Notes: a model not told the origin generated them from the sequence alone. 64,000 nucleotides of DNA from an uncultured Gemmatimonadales bacterium (GCA_963709905.1 CAVPYI010000010.1:8028-72027), one strand, 5' to 3'; counted from the stretch's first letter, positions 43,400-55,778 are shown. Translations and numbers: made by a program.

Positions 43400-46300
43400 A
43401 TGCGCCCCCTTCCCCGCCTTCCGGGTCGTCTGCCGTTGGCCGTCCTCGCGGTTTCGATGCTGGCCGCCGTGCCGCTCGACGCGGCGCCGATCAAGTTCAT
43501 GCGCGACCCCCACATCCATGGCAACCGGATCGCGTTCTCCTACCTGGGCGACATCTGGGTGGCGAATCGCGACGGCTCAGCCGCCCGCCGGCTGACCACC
43601 CATGACGGCCGGGAGATCGCCCCGCGCTTTTCTCCCGATGGCCGCTGGGTGGCATTCACCAGTGACCGGATGGGCAACAACGACGTGTTCGTCGTTTCCG
43701 CCGAGGGTGGCGAACCGAGCCAGCTGACCTTCCACACCGGCTCGGACCTGGTGCAGTACTGGACACCCGATGGCTCCGGCATCGTCTTCTCGTCGGCGCG
43801 GTCGACGTACCCCTGGGGGTCTCCGCTCTACACCGTGCCCCGGACAGGTGGCATGCCCACCGCCCTGCCGATGGACATGGCGTCGATGGGGATGATTCGG
43901 CAGGACGGCGGGGCCATCGCCTTCACCCGCTCCAACTTCTCGGCGAACCGGAAGGGATATCGCGGCAACAGCCAGTCGGACATCTTCGTCCAGGACCTGC
44001 GCAGCCGGGCCATTACCCAGCTCACCGACACCGACCTCCAGGATTTTCGCAACCACGTCCACGATGCCCACCCGATGTGGGGGCACGATGGCCAGCTGTA
44101 CTTCCTCTCGGAGCGGAGTGGCACCTACAACCTGTGGCAGATGTCCGCCTCGGGGGCCTCGCCCGCCGCGGTGACCCGCCACACCAGCGGCGGGGTGATG
44201 TACCCGTCCATTTCGCCCGACGGGCGGACCATCATCTACACCCAGGAGTTCGAGCTGTGGACGGTGGACGTGCCGTCCGGCACCCCCACGAGAATCGTCG
44301 TCGACCTCGCCTTCGACTCGCGCGACAATCCCGTGGAGTTCGTCCGGAGTGCGGGGCGGGCCGAAGGGTTCGCACCGGATCCCACCGGCGACCGCGTGGC
44401 GGTGGACTTTCGGGGAGAGCTGTTCGTCGCCCCGGTGGATGCATCACTCGGGGAGTTGTCCCGGATCACGCGCTCGGCGTGGCGCGACCGGTACCCGTCC
44501 TTCTCGCCCGACGGCAACCATCTCGCATACGTGAGCGACGAGTCCGGCGAGGAGGAGATCTGGGTTCACGACCTGGCCGCCAGTACGCGCCGGAAGCTGA
44601 CATCAGTCCCAGTCTTCCAGGGGAGCAATTTCCTCTGGTCCCCGGACGGAGCGCGGATCGCATTCGTCGCTGGGAACCGGCTCTACCAGTCGGCCGTGGG
44701 CACCGGTACGACCACCGAGCTCGGCTACAACGAGGCCGGCGGCTACGCCCTGCACGAGTACAGTCCCGGACGGCAGCGTGGCTGCTCTACTCCCGGTCCA
44801 ACCCGAGGCTCGATCCCGAAGTCTTCCTCTTCGAGACGGCCACGCGTCGCGAGATCGCCGTGTCCCGGTCGCCCAGTGGTGACGGCAATGCCGGCCTGAC
44901 CCCCGATGGCAGGACGCTGCTGTTCACGTCCAATCGCGACGGCGGCGTGGCCACCTCTTCGCCGTGTCATTGGCGGGCCTCACCGAGGACCCGGAGGATC
45001 CGCTGGTCCGCGCCCGCCAGCGCCCCGCCCGGAGTGGGGAGACGGCAGGAGGCGGAACTCCTGCGGCCGCCAACCGACCGGCACCTGCCCCGCTCACCGT
45101 GGATACGACTGGCATCGGGAAGCGGGCCCGTCAGCTGACATCAGGTGCCAATCCTGTGGGCGCGTGGTTCCTCGTCCGCGCGACGGTCGCACCATCTATT
45201 TCCTGAGTCGAGACGACGAGGGGCCGGGGCTCTTCTCGATGACCCTCGATGGTCGGGATCGCAAGAAGGTGGCGGCGGGCGCCTTCCCCGGCCTGCAGCC
45301 AAGCCAGGACCGTCGCTACGTCTTCTACACGGCGTCGGGAGCCGGCACCGGCAGCGAAGTGCACCGGATGACACTGCAGAACCAGCGGAAGGAGCGGGTC
45401 AACTTCGCCTTCACCGTCGAGGTGGACCAGCGCGAGGAGTGGCGCCAGATCGTGCTCGAATCGTGGCGGGTCATGCGGGACCGGTTCTACGACGCCAACA
45501 TGCACGGCAGGAACTGGGTGGCGATCCGCGACCAGTACCTCCCGCTGCTCGAGCATGTCGGGACGTATGAGGATGCCTACGACCTGGCCAACAAGATGAT
45601 CGGCGAACTCAACGCCTCGCATGTCGGCGTGAGCGGTCCCGCCTCCCGTCCCCAGTCCTCGGGGTACAGTTCCAAGTACCTCGGCGTCGAACTCGAACCG
45701 GCGAACGGACGCTACCGGATCAGCCACATCTACCGCGACGGCCCCGCCGACCACGAGTGGCTCAAGCTCTCGGTGGGCGACTACGTGCTGGCGATCGACG
45801 GCCAGGAAGTGCGCGCGGGGGAGAACTACTGGCGGATCCTCAATCACGCCCTGAACGAATACGTCCCGATCCGGGTGGCGAAGAGTGCCGGCGGGCAGGA
45901 CGCGCGCACCGTACGGATCAAGACGGTCACCTCGATCACCGACATCCGGTACGAGGAGTGGGTGTCCCGCAATCGTGAGTATGTGGAGAAGGAATCGGGA
46001 GGTCGGATTGCCTATGTGCACATCCGCGCCATGAACCAGCCATCGCTGGCCCGGTTCGAGGAGGAGATCAACCGGTACTGGGATGCGGAAGGCATCGTCG
46101 TGGACATCCGCTTCAATGGCGGGGGGAACATCGATCAACAGCTGATCGACATCCTCGAACGGCGGCCCTACCAGTTCTGGAACAACCGCTGGGGCGCCCG
46201 CGAGTGGGGTCGCCGGCCGAGGCAGGCGATCGCCGGACCCAAGGTGATGCTGGTCAACGCCCGCTCCGGCTCCGACTCCGAGGTCACCCCGCTGGGCTTC

Positions 46301-46600
46301 AAGGACCTGGCCCTGGGTCGCGTGGTGGGCAATCCCACCGCGGGCGCCGTGATTGCCACAGGGAGCTATTCCCTCATTCACGGCGGCAGCATCCGCACCC
46401 CGGGTTCCCTGGTGGTCCAGTGGGATCCCAGCAAGCCCAACAACTATGGGATCAACCTCGAGAACTACGGCGTGGCCCCGGATGTCTGGGTCATCAACTC
46501 ACCTGCGGACATGCTCGGAGGGTTCGATCGCGAGCTCAAGGCGTCGGTGGACGAGGCGATGAGAATGCTGCGCGAGCAGGTCTGGCAGTATCGGCCATAG
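43400..46600 (+). CDS. tricorn-like S41 protease with propeller and PDZ domains (frameshifted)
   Basis: PRFSPDG repeats, RFYDANMHG, GELNASH, DIRFNGGGN, SGSDSE. Confidence 0.9.
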
Positions 46601-46686
46601 GCGGACAGGGTGGACAGGGCGGACAGGGCGGACAGGGCGGACAGGGCGGACAGGGCGGACAGGGCGGACAGGGCGGACAGGGCGGA
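46600..46686. repeat. 9-bp tandem repeat (GGCGGACAG) x9 plus a partial copy
   Basis: Directly visible; one variant unit GGTGGACAG. Confidence 0.95.
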
Positions 46687-46732
46687 GCGGAAAGTACCAA
46701 GACCACGGGACGGCGAAAGGGAGATTGACCAG

Positions 46733-47924
46733 ATGAAACTGCAGCATTTCGCACGCAGGCTGAGACCTGCCTTCCTCACGGTCCTGGCCCTGGTGGGCCA
46801 GGCCACCATCCTTGCGGGCCAGGCGGCGACCGCTCCCTACTTCCCCGAAGCGGGACGGTGGGAGCATCGATCTCCCGCTGCGATGGGGATGGACGCCGCC
46901 AAGCTCGCCGAGGCGGTCCGGTTCATCCAGGCGGGTGAGAACCCGCAGCCGCGCGACCTGTCGGTCGCGCATTGGCTGAGCTGGGGCCGCGAACCGAATG
47001 ATGCCCCCCTGGGGCCGTTCACGACCCGCGGCGATGTCAGCGGGCTGGTCATCCGCAACGGGTACATCGTGGCGGAATGGGGAGACACCAGGGCCGTCGA
47101 GATGACCTTCTCGGTCACCAAGAGCTTTCTCTCCACGACGATCGGCGTGATGTGGGATCGAGGGTACCTGCCCGACCTCAAGGCTCCGGTCGGGCAGCTG
47201 GTGCGCACCGGCCATTTCGAGTCGGAGCACAATCGCAAGATCACGTGGGACCACCTGCTCCGTCAGAGCAGCGACTGGGAGGGTACCCTCTGGTCGAAGC
47301 CGGACTGGGTGGATCGGCCCGCATCGGACCTCGCCGCGCACATGACACGGTCGCGTGACGAGCCCGGTACGGTATACAAGTACAACGACGTGCGGGTCAA
47401 CCTGCTGGCTTTTGCGGCGCTGAATGTCCTCCGTCAACCGCTTCCCGACTACCTGCGCGAACATATCATGGAGCCGATCGGTGCGTCGCCGACCTGGCGC
47501 TGGCACGGCTACGACAATTCCTGGGTGGAGATCGACGGCCAGCGGATCCAGTCGATGAGCGGTGGTGGCCACTGGGGCGGCGGCATGTTCATCTCCGCCG
47601 AGGACCTGGCTCGGTTTGGCTACCTGACGATGCGGCAGGGGAGGTGGAAGGACCGCCAGCTCATCTCACGGGAATGGTTGGCGATGGCGGAGACACCTGG
47701 GCTCCGCCAACCCAGGCTATGGTTTCATGAATTTCTTCCTCAACACCACCGGTGCGGAGATCCCCGGGGCGCCGCGCACCGCGTACACCCACCGGGGCGC
47801 CGGGAACAACATCGTCTACGTGGACCGCGAGAACGACCTGGTGATCGTGATGCGGTGGGTCAGTGGCAGTGCGATCAATCCCTTCATCGGGCAGGTGCTG
47901 GGTGCACTGACGACACCCCGGTAG
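46733..47924 (+). CDS. serine hydrolase, beta-lactamase family (frameshift near 47705)
   Basis: FSVTKS, YKYND, GGGHWGGG, HRGAG; gggag RBS. Confidence 0.85.
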
Positions 47925-47973
47925 CGTGAACCCGAGACAGGCCCACGCGCCTGTCGGTGGTGCCCCGCGGCGG

Positions 47974-48598
47974 CTACGCTCCCCCTGACACCGCCTGGAG
48001 GTACGCCAGGATCTGCGAGGTTTCGGCCTGGGTGGCCGGGGCGACGTTCATGCGCTCCATGTTCTGCTCCATGCGCAGATACACCGTGAGCCAATCCTGC
48101 GGGCTGTGCACTCTGGGATCTGGCAGCGCGTGACACCGGCTGCAGATCATGGCGAACGCCTCGCGACCCTCCCCGGCTGGCAGGTTGGCACCACTGATGG
48201 GCAGCGCGTTCGCCGTCAGGTATGCGAGCATGGTGTTCCGGTCGCCCTGGTCGGGAATGGACACCCCCAGACCTGCCGGGTAGGCGGTCCATTCGCAGCC
48301 ACATGCGGCGTACCACACTCGGCCAGTCGGTGGCGCTGTGCATCGAGGGGGCCGGGAGATCATGGCATTGACCACAGTGAGTCGTCATCAGGACGGCACC
48401 CGGGGATGCGGGATCGGGAAGGTCTCCCGGTGCGATTCCGGCGGGCGGCAGGGCGATCTTGGCGGAGGCGAGCAGGAGTTCGTCCTTCAGCTCCGTGGCG
48501 GGACCGGTGCCGGCAGGGGGCGCGTCGGGAGGCGATGCTGGGGGAGGGGCCTGACAAGCAACGGAGACCACCACGGCCAATACGGTGCGGCGCCACAT
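47974..48598 (-). CDS. diheme cytochrome c lipoprotein (frameshift near 48275)
   Basis: Lipobox SVAC; CGQCHDLPAP..W..VVRRM and CSRCHALPDP..W..VYLRM. Confidence 0.82.
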
Positions 48599-48898
48599 GT
48601 GCCCCCCGACCAATTGAGGAATGAGATACTCCTCTTGTACACTACTGAGAACCCATGAAACGACGATGAAAGAAGGGTGAACGACCCGCAGGCCGCAAAT
48701 CGACCATGAAGATCTCTTCCCGACCCCACTCCTCCCGCCTTCATGAGACTGGCGTATGATTGTCCGAGTCGTTTCATCATGCAATCGATCCAGACTGGGT
48801 AGCCTACGCACCACCATCAACACGTGATCCACCGCACCTCCCGGAATTGTACACCACCATCCCGGCCCCTGGGCCCCAACTTGAAGACGGAGCACAGC

Positions 48899-50008
48899 AT
48901 GCGCTTTGCCGCCACCACAGCAGTCTCCCTCCTCCTCCTCCAGGCCTGTACGGCTGCTCCCCAAACGGCCGCTCCGCGGGTCGCCGACCAGACCCCGGTT
49001 GACCAGATGGAACGGGTGACCCAGACCCTGGTCGCCCCTCCGTTCCTGCCGGAACACGAGCAGGTCGCCTCGGGGCCACCCAAGGTGGTCCAGATCCGGA
49101 TGGATATCGAGGAGAAACTGCTGGACATCGGTCCCGACGGCGCCAAGGTCTGGGCGATGACGTTCAATGGCAGCGTCCCCGGTCCGATGATCGTCGTCCA
49201 CCAGGACGACCAGGTGGAGCTGACACTGGTCAATCCATCGACCAATTCGCTGGTGCACAACATCGACTTCCACGCGGCCACGGGGGCAATGGGTGGCGGC
49301 GAGATCACGATGGTCGCCCCGGGACAGCAGGTCGTGATGCGCTTCAAGGCGACGCGGACAGGGGTCTTCGTGTATCACTGCGCTCCAGGCGGCACGATGA
49401 TCCCGTTCCACGTCGTCTCGGGGATGAACGGCGCCATCATGGTGCTCCCCCGGGATGGCCTCAAGGACGCCTACGGCGCTTCGGTGACCTATGACCGGGC
49501 CTACTTCATTGGCGAGCAGGACTTCTACCTCCCCAAGGACGCCAGTGGCGCCTTCCGGCAATACGCATCGCCCGGCGCCGGCATGAACGACATGATGGCG
49601 GTCATGAAGACCCTGACCCCGACCCACGTGGTCTTCAACGGAGCGGTCGGCGCGCTCACGGGGGCCAATGCCCTCACCGCCGCCGTGGGAGAGAAGGTGC
49701 TGTTCATCCACGCGCAGGCCAATCGCGACACCCGCCCTCACCTGATTGGTGGGCATGCGGACCTGTTCTGGAATGGCGGCTCGTTCGATGACGTGCCCGC
49801 CACCAACCTCGAAACGTGGTTCATCCCCGGCGGGGCGGCCGCCGCGATGCTGTACCAGTTCCTCCAGCCAGGGCTGTACGCCTACGTCAACCACAACCTG
49901 ATCGAGGCGATCCTGCTCGGCGCGGCGGCGCACGTCAACGTCACGGGTGAGTGGGACAACAACCTGATGGAACAGGTGACCAAGCCGGCACCAATTCCAG
50001 CTCCCTGA
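48899..50008 (+). CDS. nirK: copper-containing nitrite reductase
   Basis: [39 protein letters not shown]; lipobox LQAC. Confidence 0.95.
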   Translation: MRFAATTAVSLLLLQACTAAPQTAAPRVADQTPVDQMERVTQTLVAPPFLPEHEQVASGPPKVVQIRMDIEEKLLDIGPDGAKVWAMTFNGSVPGPMIVVHQDDQVELTLVNPSTNSLVHNIDFHAATGAMGGGEITMVAPGQQVVMRFKATRTGVFVYHCAPGGTMIPFHVVSGMNGAIMVLPRDGLKDAYGASVTYDRAYFIGEQDFYLPKDASGAFRQYASPGAGMNDMMAVMKTLTPTHVVFNGAVGALTGANALTAAVGEKVLFIHAQANRDTRPHLIGGHADLFWNGGSFDDVPATNLETWFIPGGAAAAMLYQFLQPGLYAYVNHNLIEAILLGAAAHVNVTGEWDNNLMEQVTKPAPIPAP

Positions 50009-50024
50009 TTCACTGGGGCACTGC

Positions 50025-50069
50025 AACGCACACCGCCCCGGACGAGACTCGTCCGGGGCGGTGTGCGTT
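50025..50069. terminator. long perfect hairpin, probable bidirectional terminator
   Basis: aacgcacaccgccccggacgag-a-ctcgtccggggcggtgtgcgtt between convergent genes. Confidence 0.75.
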
Positions 50070-50093
50070 CGCGCCAACTCGTGAGGCCGGGGA

Positions 50094-50498
50094 TCAGTGG
50101 GTCCGATTCGGAGCCGCGGCCTGCAGCTCCGCCATGTCGGTCACCTTGCGAAGCTCAAGGGGCTGGTAGGCACGGACCCTGGCGGTCAGACCAGGGGTCC
50201 GGGGCGGGTCCGGGACGGGAGGACGGGGGACCAGGAGTCCTTCCTCGAGGAGCTGATCCGCCAGACGGCAGAGGTCGGACTCGGCCCGGATCATGTTGAC
50301 GGCGTAGGCCCGCGTGAGCGCCGCGGCGACCTGCCCGACGGTGTTCCCTTCATGCAACAACTCCCAGGCGAAGGCAGATGCCCCGTCCAGGCTGTAGCAG
50401 GTGCCATCAGCCAGGTTCAGGACGATGGCCTCGCCACCGACGAGCGTGCCGGCAACATCCTCGCTTGCAATCGCGTAGCACTGCTCCCGATTGGGCAT
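50094..50498 (-). CDS. PqqD-family (RiPP recognition element) protein with C-terminal extension
   Basis: GEAIVLNLADGTCYSLDGASAFAWELL...AESDL..LLEEGLL; ggag RBS. Confidence 0.8.
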   Translation of the reverse strand: MPNREQCYAIASEDVAGTLVGGEAIVLNLADGTCYSLDGASAFAWELLHEGNTVGQVAAALTRAYAVNMIRAESDLCRLADQLLEEGLLVPRPPVPDPPRTPGLTARVRAYQPLELRKVTDMAELQAAAPNRTH

Positions 50499-50839
50499 GC
50501 GGTCATCTCCTCCGGGGATGTCTCAGGCGGACACCCCTCGGGGGCGCATGATCCATGCCTCCTGCGCCGTCAGGGTGCCTGCACCGGCACCTGGCACGCG
50601 GGGGAGACCGGCCGATCCCGTCGCAACGCCTGATTCGGGCAGGGAAAGCGGGACGCGGGCCCCCGGGGGGGCGGAGCCGCGAAAATCTGCGGGTGGATCC
50701 GGCGAAGTGTTGCTCGGGCGCATCACCATGTTGGGCCCGAGCAGGGAGGTGGTGGTGGGTGCAACCGACATCGAGGGCGCTGATGGGGCTCGGGCCGCGC
50801 GCCCCAACGACGGCTGCGGCCCGCAACGAGGCTTCGAGC

Positions 50840-51958
50840 CTACCTCCGCACCCAGAAGCCCTTTTCCCACCACATCGGCGGTACCGGAACCGTGGCGGCC
50901 ACTGGCCTCGCGTGCCCGAAGAGGTCCTCCTGGATCTCGGGGTTCCGGAGCTTCCAGATCACCCCGTCGGTGAAGAAATGGTGGATCCCGATGAAATAGC
51001 TGATCAGGACCGGGGCGATACTGTTCGGTCCGGCACCGAGCAGCGTGGCGGCCGCCGCCTTGGTCGGGCCCGGGACGAAGAGCGTCACCAGCATCGTGAC
51101 CCCAAGGATGACCGCGACATAGACCAGCATGTGCGGAACGGCGGTGGCACGATTGGCGCGGGTCGCGCGGTTCAGCTCCACCCGGGCCGGGAACTCCAGA
51201 TACTGGAGGGCATGGGCAAACTGCACCAGGAAGAGGCCGGCCAGCCCCCACCGCGCGATCGCCGCATACCAGACGAAGATCGACACCCACGCGGTGAGGA
51301 CCCGGAACCCCGGCGCCTGGCCGGTCCGCTGCCGGAAGCGCAGCAGGCCCCAGATCCCCATGACCGCTGCCAGGATGGTGGCATAGGAGGCAACCTGATA
51401 GACCAGGGCCACCCGGGTCGGGTCGGTCAGCGTGGTGTGGAGGAACCAGGCCAGGTGCCAGCCCAGGAGGATCCGGAGGCCGCCGCGAATCAGCCAGTAT
51501 TCGGTCCGGTCGAACCGATTCCCCTGGAGGTGATTGAACGCAACCATCATCCCCCAGGCCTGCCCAGTGTAGTGCCAGGCGAGATACCCGCTGGCGACGG
51601 CAAAGAACGCCGTGAGCAGCAGCTGGGTGTCGCCCTGCGCCTCGAAGAGCGCGGCCACGAGGCAGACCATCATGATGATCGGTACCCAGATCGTGGCCCA
51701 CCTGTGCTTGAGGATCGTCTCGCGATCGCGATAGACGATCCGATACGACGCCATGAAGTGCGCATAGTTCACGATCAGTTGCGCCCAGATCACCGTACCG
51801 ACGGTGGCGATGCTGAGTTCGGTCCCGGCGATGAGCATCGGGATGAACAACAGGAGCGACAGTCCACCCACGCAAAGAAAATCGACCAGCGGGGTGAAGA
51901 TCGACGTCGAACGCGGGGCACTGCCTCCGTGGGCCGGGGACGACGCAAGCGTGGGCAT
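50840..51958 (-). CDS. multi-pass membrane protein with conserved His motifs
   Basis: NYAHFMASY, WHYTGQAWG, HALQY, HHFFTDGVIWKLR. Confidence 0.75.
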   Translation of the reverse strand: MPTLASSPAHGGSAPRSTSIFTPLVDFLCVGGLSLLLFIPMLIAGTELSIATVGTVIWAQLIVNYAHFMASYRIVYRDRETILKHRWATIWVPIIMMVCLVAALFEAQGDTQLLLTAFFAVASGYLAWHYTGQAWGMMVAFNHLQGNRFDRTEYWLIRGGLRILLGWHLAWFLHTTLTDPTRVALVYQVASYATILAAVMGIWGLLRFRQRTGQAPGFRVLTAWVSIFVWYAAIARWGLAGLFLVQFAHALQYLEFPARVELNRATRANRATAVPHMLVYVAVILGVTMLVTLFVPGPTKAAAATLLGAGPNSIAPVLISYFIGIHHFFTDGVIWKLRNPEIQEDLFGHARPVAATVPVPPMWWEKGFWVRR

Positions 51959-52309
51959 GGGGCGCACCTTGAAGCGGGGAGAGTATGGTGAACCAATTCG
52001 GACAACGGGGTCCGAATTGCACACTATACGGCGCAATTCCGATTGCCGCCAGAGCAGGTTTTCCCACACTTTTGGTCGGGATTCGTTCCTGAAAACCCCT
52101 TCATTCCATTGGGGATCGCCAGAACGACGCAGGGCCACCAGGAGGCTCGTGATGCAGGGTCTCCCCGCCGCGCGGGCCCTCAGCCCCTGGCACCAACGGC
52201 GCGGTGGTCAGGCGATCGATGAGTTCAGTCACTCCAGCCGCTTCCACCCAAGGCGAGAAACGGTCATTCAGGGGCCTGCACCGCCGACTTGACGGCCCTG
52301 GGCCCTGGT

Positions 52310-55300
52310 TCAGCTGATCCGGCCGCCCGGCACGATGATGTGCGGCAGGTCCTTGAGCAGCGCGTTGAGCCGGGCGATCCGACCATTCATGATCGCGCTG
52401 AGCTTGGCCTGGGCGCGCATCGGTCTCCTGGGTCAGTTCCCCGAAGCGGGCCAGTTGGGCGTCGGTGGGCCGGTTGAGCGATCGGTTGATCTGCCCGGTC
52501 AACGATCCCACCTCCTCGCGCAGGCGCGGGTACTGGCGGTAGCCCAGCCCCTGCAGCGGCCGGGTCAGGTCGGTGTCCTTGAGGGCGTTGAGTTCCTCCA
52601 GCGCCAGCGCGCGCCTCGGTGATCGCCTCGCGCTCGGTCGGCGCCAGCTGGCGCAGCGTGCCGCCCACGGTGGTCAACTGCCGCACCAGGCTCTCCGTCT
52701 GCGAAACGATCTGACCGACCCGCCCCTGCAGCTCGCGGAGCTGGAACGCCGCGTCCCGCTGGGCGATCAGGTCGGCCATCGACACCTCGGCACGCGGATC
52801 GAGCTGGACGACCAGCCGCTTGGTGATCTCCTGGCCCGCCGCGGCCAGCGTCACCGAGTAGGTTCCCGGCACCACCGCCGGGACCACCACCGCCACCGCC
52901 GAAGCCACCGCCGCCACCTCCACCCTCCGCCACCGCGCCGCCGCGGGCGGCTCCTGGCCCGGCGGGGTGGCGTCGTACTGGAGGTTCCAGACCACCTGGT
53001 TCACGCCAGGGGTGGCCAGGTTCTGCCGCAGCGTCCGGACCGGAGTTGCCGGCGGCATCCTTGATCGTGAACCTGCACGTCGCGGACGGTGTCCCGCACG
53101 GCGTAGGAGATCACGGCGCTCCGGAGGGCGGGTTGTCGCCGCTGAACACCTTCTGGCCCAGGTTGCCGTCGCGGCTCCACATCACGTAGTCGATCGCCGG
53201 CATCGGGTCGAACAGCGTGACGGCGGCGGTCATCGCCGGGCCGAGCTGCTGCAGCGGGGTGATGTCGTCGAGGATGTAGAGGCCGCGCCCGTGCGTGGCG
53301 ATGATGAGGTCGTTGTCGCGCGGGTGGACCAGGAGGTCGCGCACCGGCGCCGCGGACAGTGCCGTTGCGCAGGTCGTGCCAGCGGCCGCCCCCGTCCCAC
53401 GACGCGTAGACGCCGAACTCCGTGCCCGCGATAGAGCAGGTTGGGATTCCTGGGATCCTGGCGCACCACGTGCACCCAGCCGCGCGAGCGGGAGGTTGGC
53501 GGTGATCAGCGTCCAGGACGCTCCGTAGTCGCGGGTCATGTAGACGTACGGCGTGTAGTCGCCGGTCTGCCAGTGCGAGGCGGCCACGAATGCCGTCCCC
53601 CCGTCGTGGGGCGACGCCTCGATGGTGGAGATCCAGGCGAACGGGGCAATGCCGCGCAGGTTCTGCGAGGTGTTGCGCCAGGTCTTGCCGCCGTCGCGCG
53701 TGACCTGAACGTTGCCGTCGTCGGTGCCGACCCAGATCACGCTTCGAGTCCAGCGGCGACGGCGCGATGGTGAGCAGCGTCGAGTGGAACTCGGCGGCGG
53801 TGTTGTCGGTGACGATCGGCCCGCCGGATGAGCTCTGCTTGCTCTTGTCGTTGGTGGTCAGGTCCGGGCGAGATCACGTCCCACGACTGGCCGTAGTTGC
53901 TGGTCGCGGAAGACCACGTTGCCGCCGAAGTACACCGTCTTCGGGTCCTGTGGCGACGAGCACGATCGGCGCGTTCCAGTTGAACCGGTACCGGTGCTCC
54001 GCCAGGGAGTCGCCCGCCGAGCCGATCCGGCGGGGGTAGGGATGGATCGATCGCTGGTCGCCGGTGCGCAGGTCGGTGAGCACGATGTCCCCGCCCTGCG
54101 ACGCCGAGTACACCAGGAACGGGTGCTCCAGGTCGGGCACGGCGAAGAAGCCGTCCCCCCCACTGATCGTCACCCAGTCGCTGGTCCGGTTGCCCTGGCC
54201 CGACAGGGTCTGGCTCGGTCCGCACCAGTGGCCGTTGTCCTGCAGGCCGCCGCAGATGTTGTACGGCTGCTCCATGTCGACGTTCAGGTGATAGAACTGG
54301 GCAAACGAATGGGACTTTGGCACCTCCCAGTTGGCCCCGCCATCGAAGGTCAGCTGCCAGCCGCCGTCGGAGCCCTCGAGGATGTGGTCGGAGTCGGTGG
54401 GATCGATCCACATCGCCTGGTGGTCGCCGTGGAGGTCGCGCCGGATCGTCTCGAAGGTGCGACCGCCATCGGCCGAGCGTTGAGCGAGCCGGAGAGGGTG
54501 TAGACCACGTTCGGGTTGAGCGGATCGACGCGCACGTCGGAGTAGTAGAAGGGGCGGAAGTTGATGTTGGGCGATCGATTCACCGTCTCCCAGGTGGCGC
54601 CGCCGTCCTCGGTGCGCCACAGCTCGCCCTCGGTCAGCGTCTCCGAGAGGACGTAGACGATCGTCGGGATTGGCCCGGTGGACCGAGACGCCGATCCGGT
54701 CCATGTCGCCCTCCGGCAGCCCGCGCCCGTTGGCTTTTCCCGAGAGCCTGGTCCACGTCTCGCCGCCATCGCTCGACTTGTAGAGCGCCGTTTCCCCGCC
54801 GCCGGAGGTGAAGTACCACGGCCAGCGCTGGTGGGTGTACATCGCGGCCCAGACGACGTTGGCGTTGTCGGGATCGATGTCCACGTCGCAGCAACCGGTC
54901 AGGGTGTCCTTGTAGAGGATCTTCTGCCAGGTGGCTGCCCCCGTCGGTGGTCTTGAACAGCCCGCGTTCCTCGTTGGGGCCCCAGGTCTTGCCGAGGGCG
55001 CAGACGATACACCACGTCGGGATTGCGCGGGTCGATCCGGATCCGGGGGATCTTCTCGGTGTTCGGGCAGGCCGATCTTCTTCCAGTTGCGGCCGGCGTC
55101 GAGCGACTTGTAGACGCCGTCGCCCACGCTGGCGCTGTTGCGCGGGTTCCCCTCGCCGGTGCCGAGGTAGAGGATGTTGGGATTGGATGGGGCGATCGCC
55201 AGGTCGCCGATCGAGGCGTTGGACTGGTCGTCGAAGAGGTGGGTGAAGGTCACGCCACCGTTGGTGGTCTTGAGGAGGCCGCCCGCGGCGGAACCGACGT

Positions 55301-55502
55301 AGTAGATCGAGCGGTTGCCGGGAATACCGACCACCGTCGGCAATGCGCCCGGCCTGGTTGGCCGGTCCGATCGACCGCCACTTGAGCTGCTCGAGATGGC
55401 GGCCAGCTCCGGTGTGCCCGCAAGTGGGGTACCGGACTGGGCCGGCAGGGGGGCGGCGATCGTGAGGGCCAGGGCCAAGGGAGGCAGGAATCTGCTGGAC
55501 AT
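52310..55502 (-). CDS. secreted sortilin/VPS10-like BNR-repeat beta-propeller protein (many frameshifts)
   Basis: LKWRSIGP, GTGEGNPRNS, KSLDAGRNW, GGLQDNG, IATHGRG. Confidence 0.85.
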
Positions 55503-55778
55503 GGTGTTCACCTCTTGGACGGGAGCGGGGCAGTGGTGGTGGGGAGCCTGGTCGATCTGGACGGGACCAATACACGCCCGCGCGGCCGGGCAACAGCCGG
55601 TTTCGGGCGGTCCGTGCACTGACAGCAGACCAAAGCGGGCGTTGTCCCTCTGAGGATCCCCAAAGGTAGCGCCCACTGGGGACTCGGCAAGCCACCAGCA
55701 GGCGGCAGTCGCTTGACTGCCGCTTGATCCAGGGCCGGTAGTCTCCCGGGTGAGTTCCCCTTCTCCGGGATGTGTCCC

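Noticed and set aside
46600-46686. CRISPR array or coding (DRA)n / (GGQ)n repeat
   Set aside because: No spacers and no cas genes. The downstream gene has its own RBS, ATG and signal peptide at 46733.
48600-48898. FNR/NnrR box upstream of nirK
   Set aside because: No TTGAT-N4-ATCAA match found.
47816-50077. 753-aa minus-strand ORF
   Set aside because: Mostly the antisense shadow of nirK, running in frame into the real cytochrome c start at 48598.
55503-55778. Riboswitch or ncRNA in the divergent intergenic region
   Set aside because: Only isolated hairpins (e.g. gcggcagtc/gactgccgc); no recognisable family consensus.
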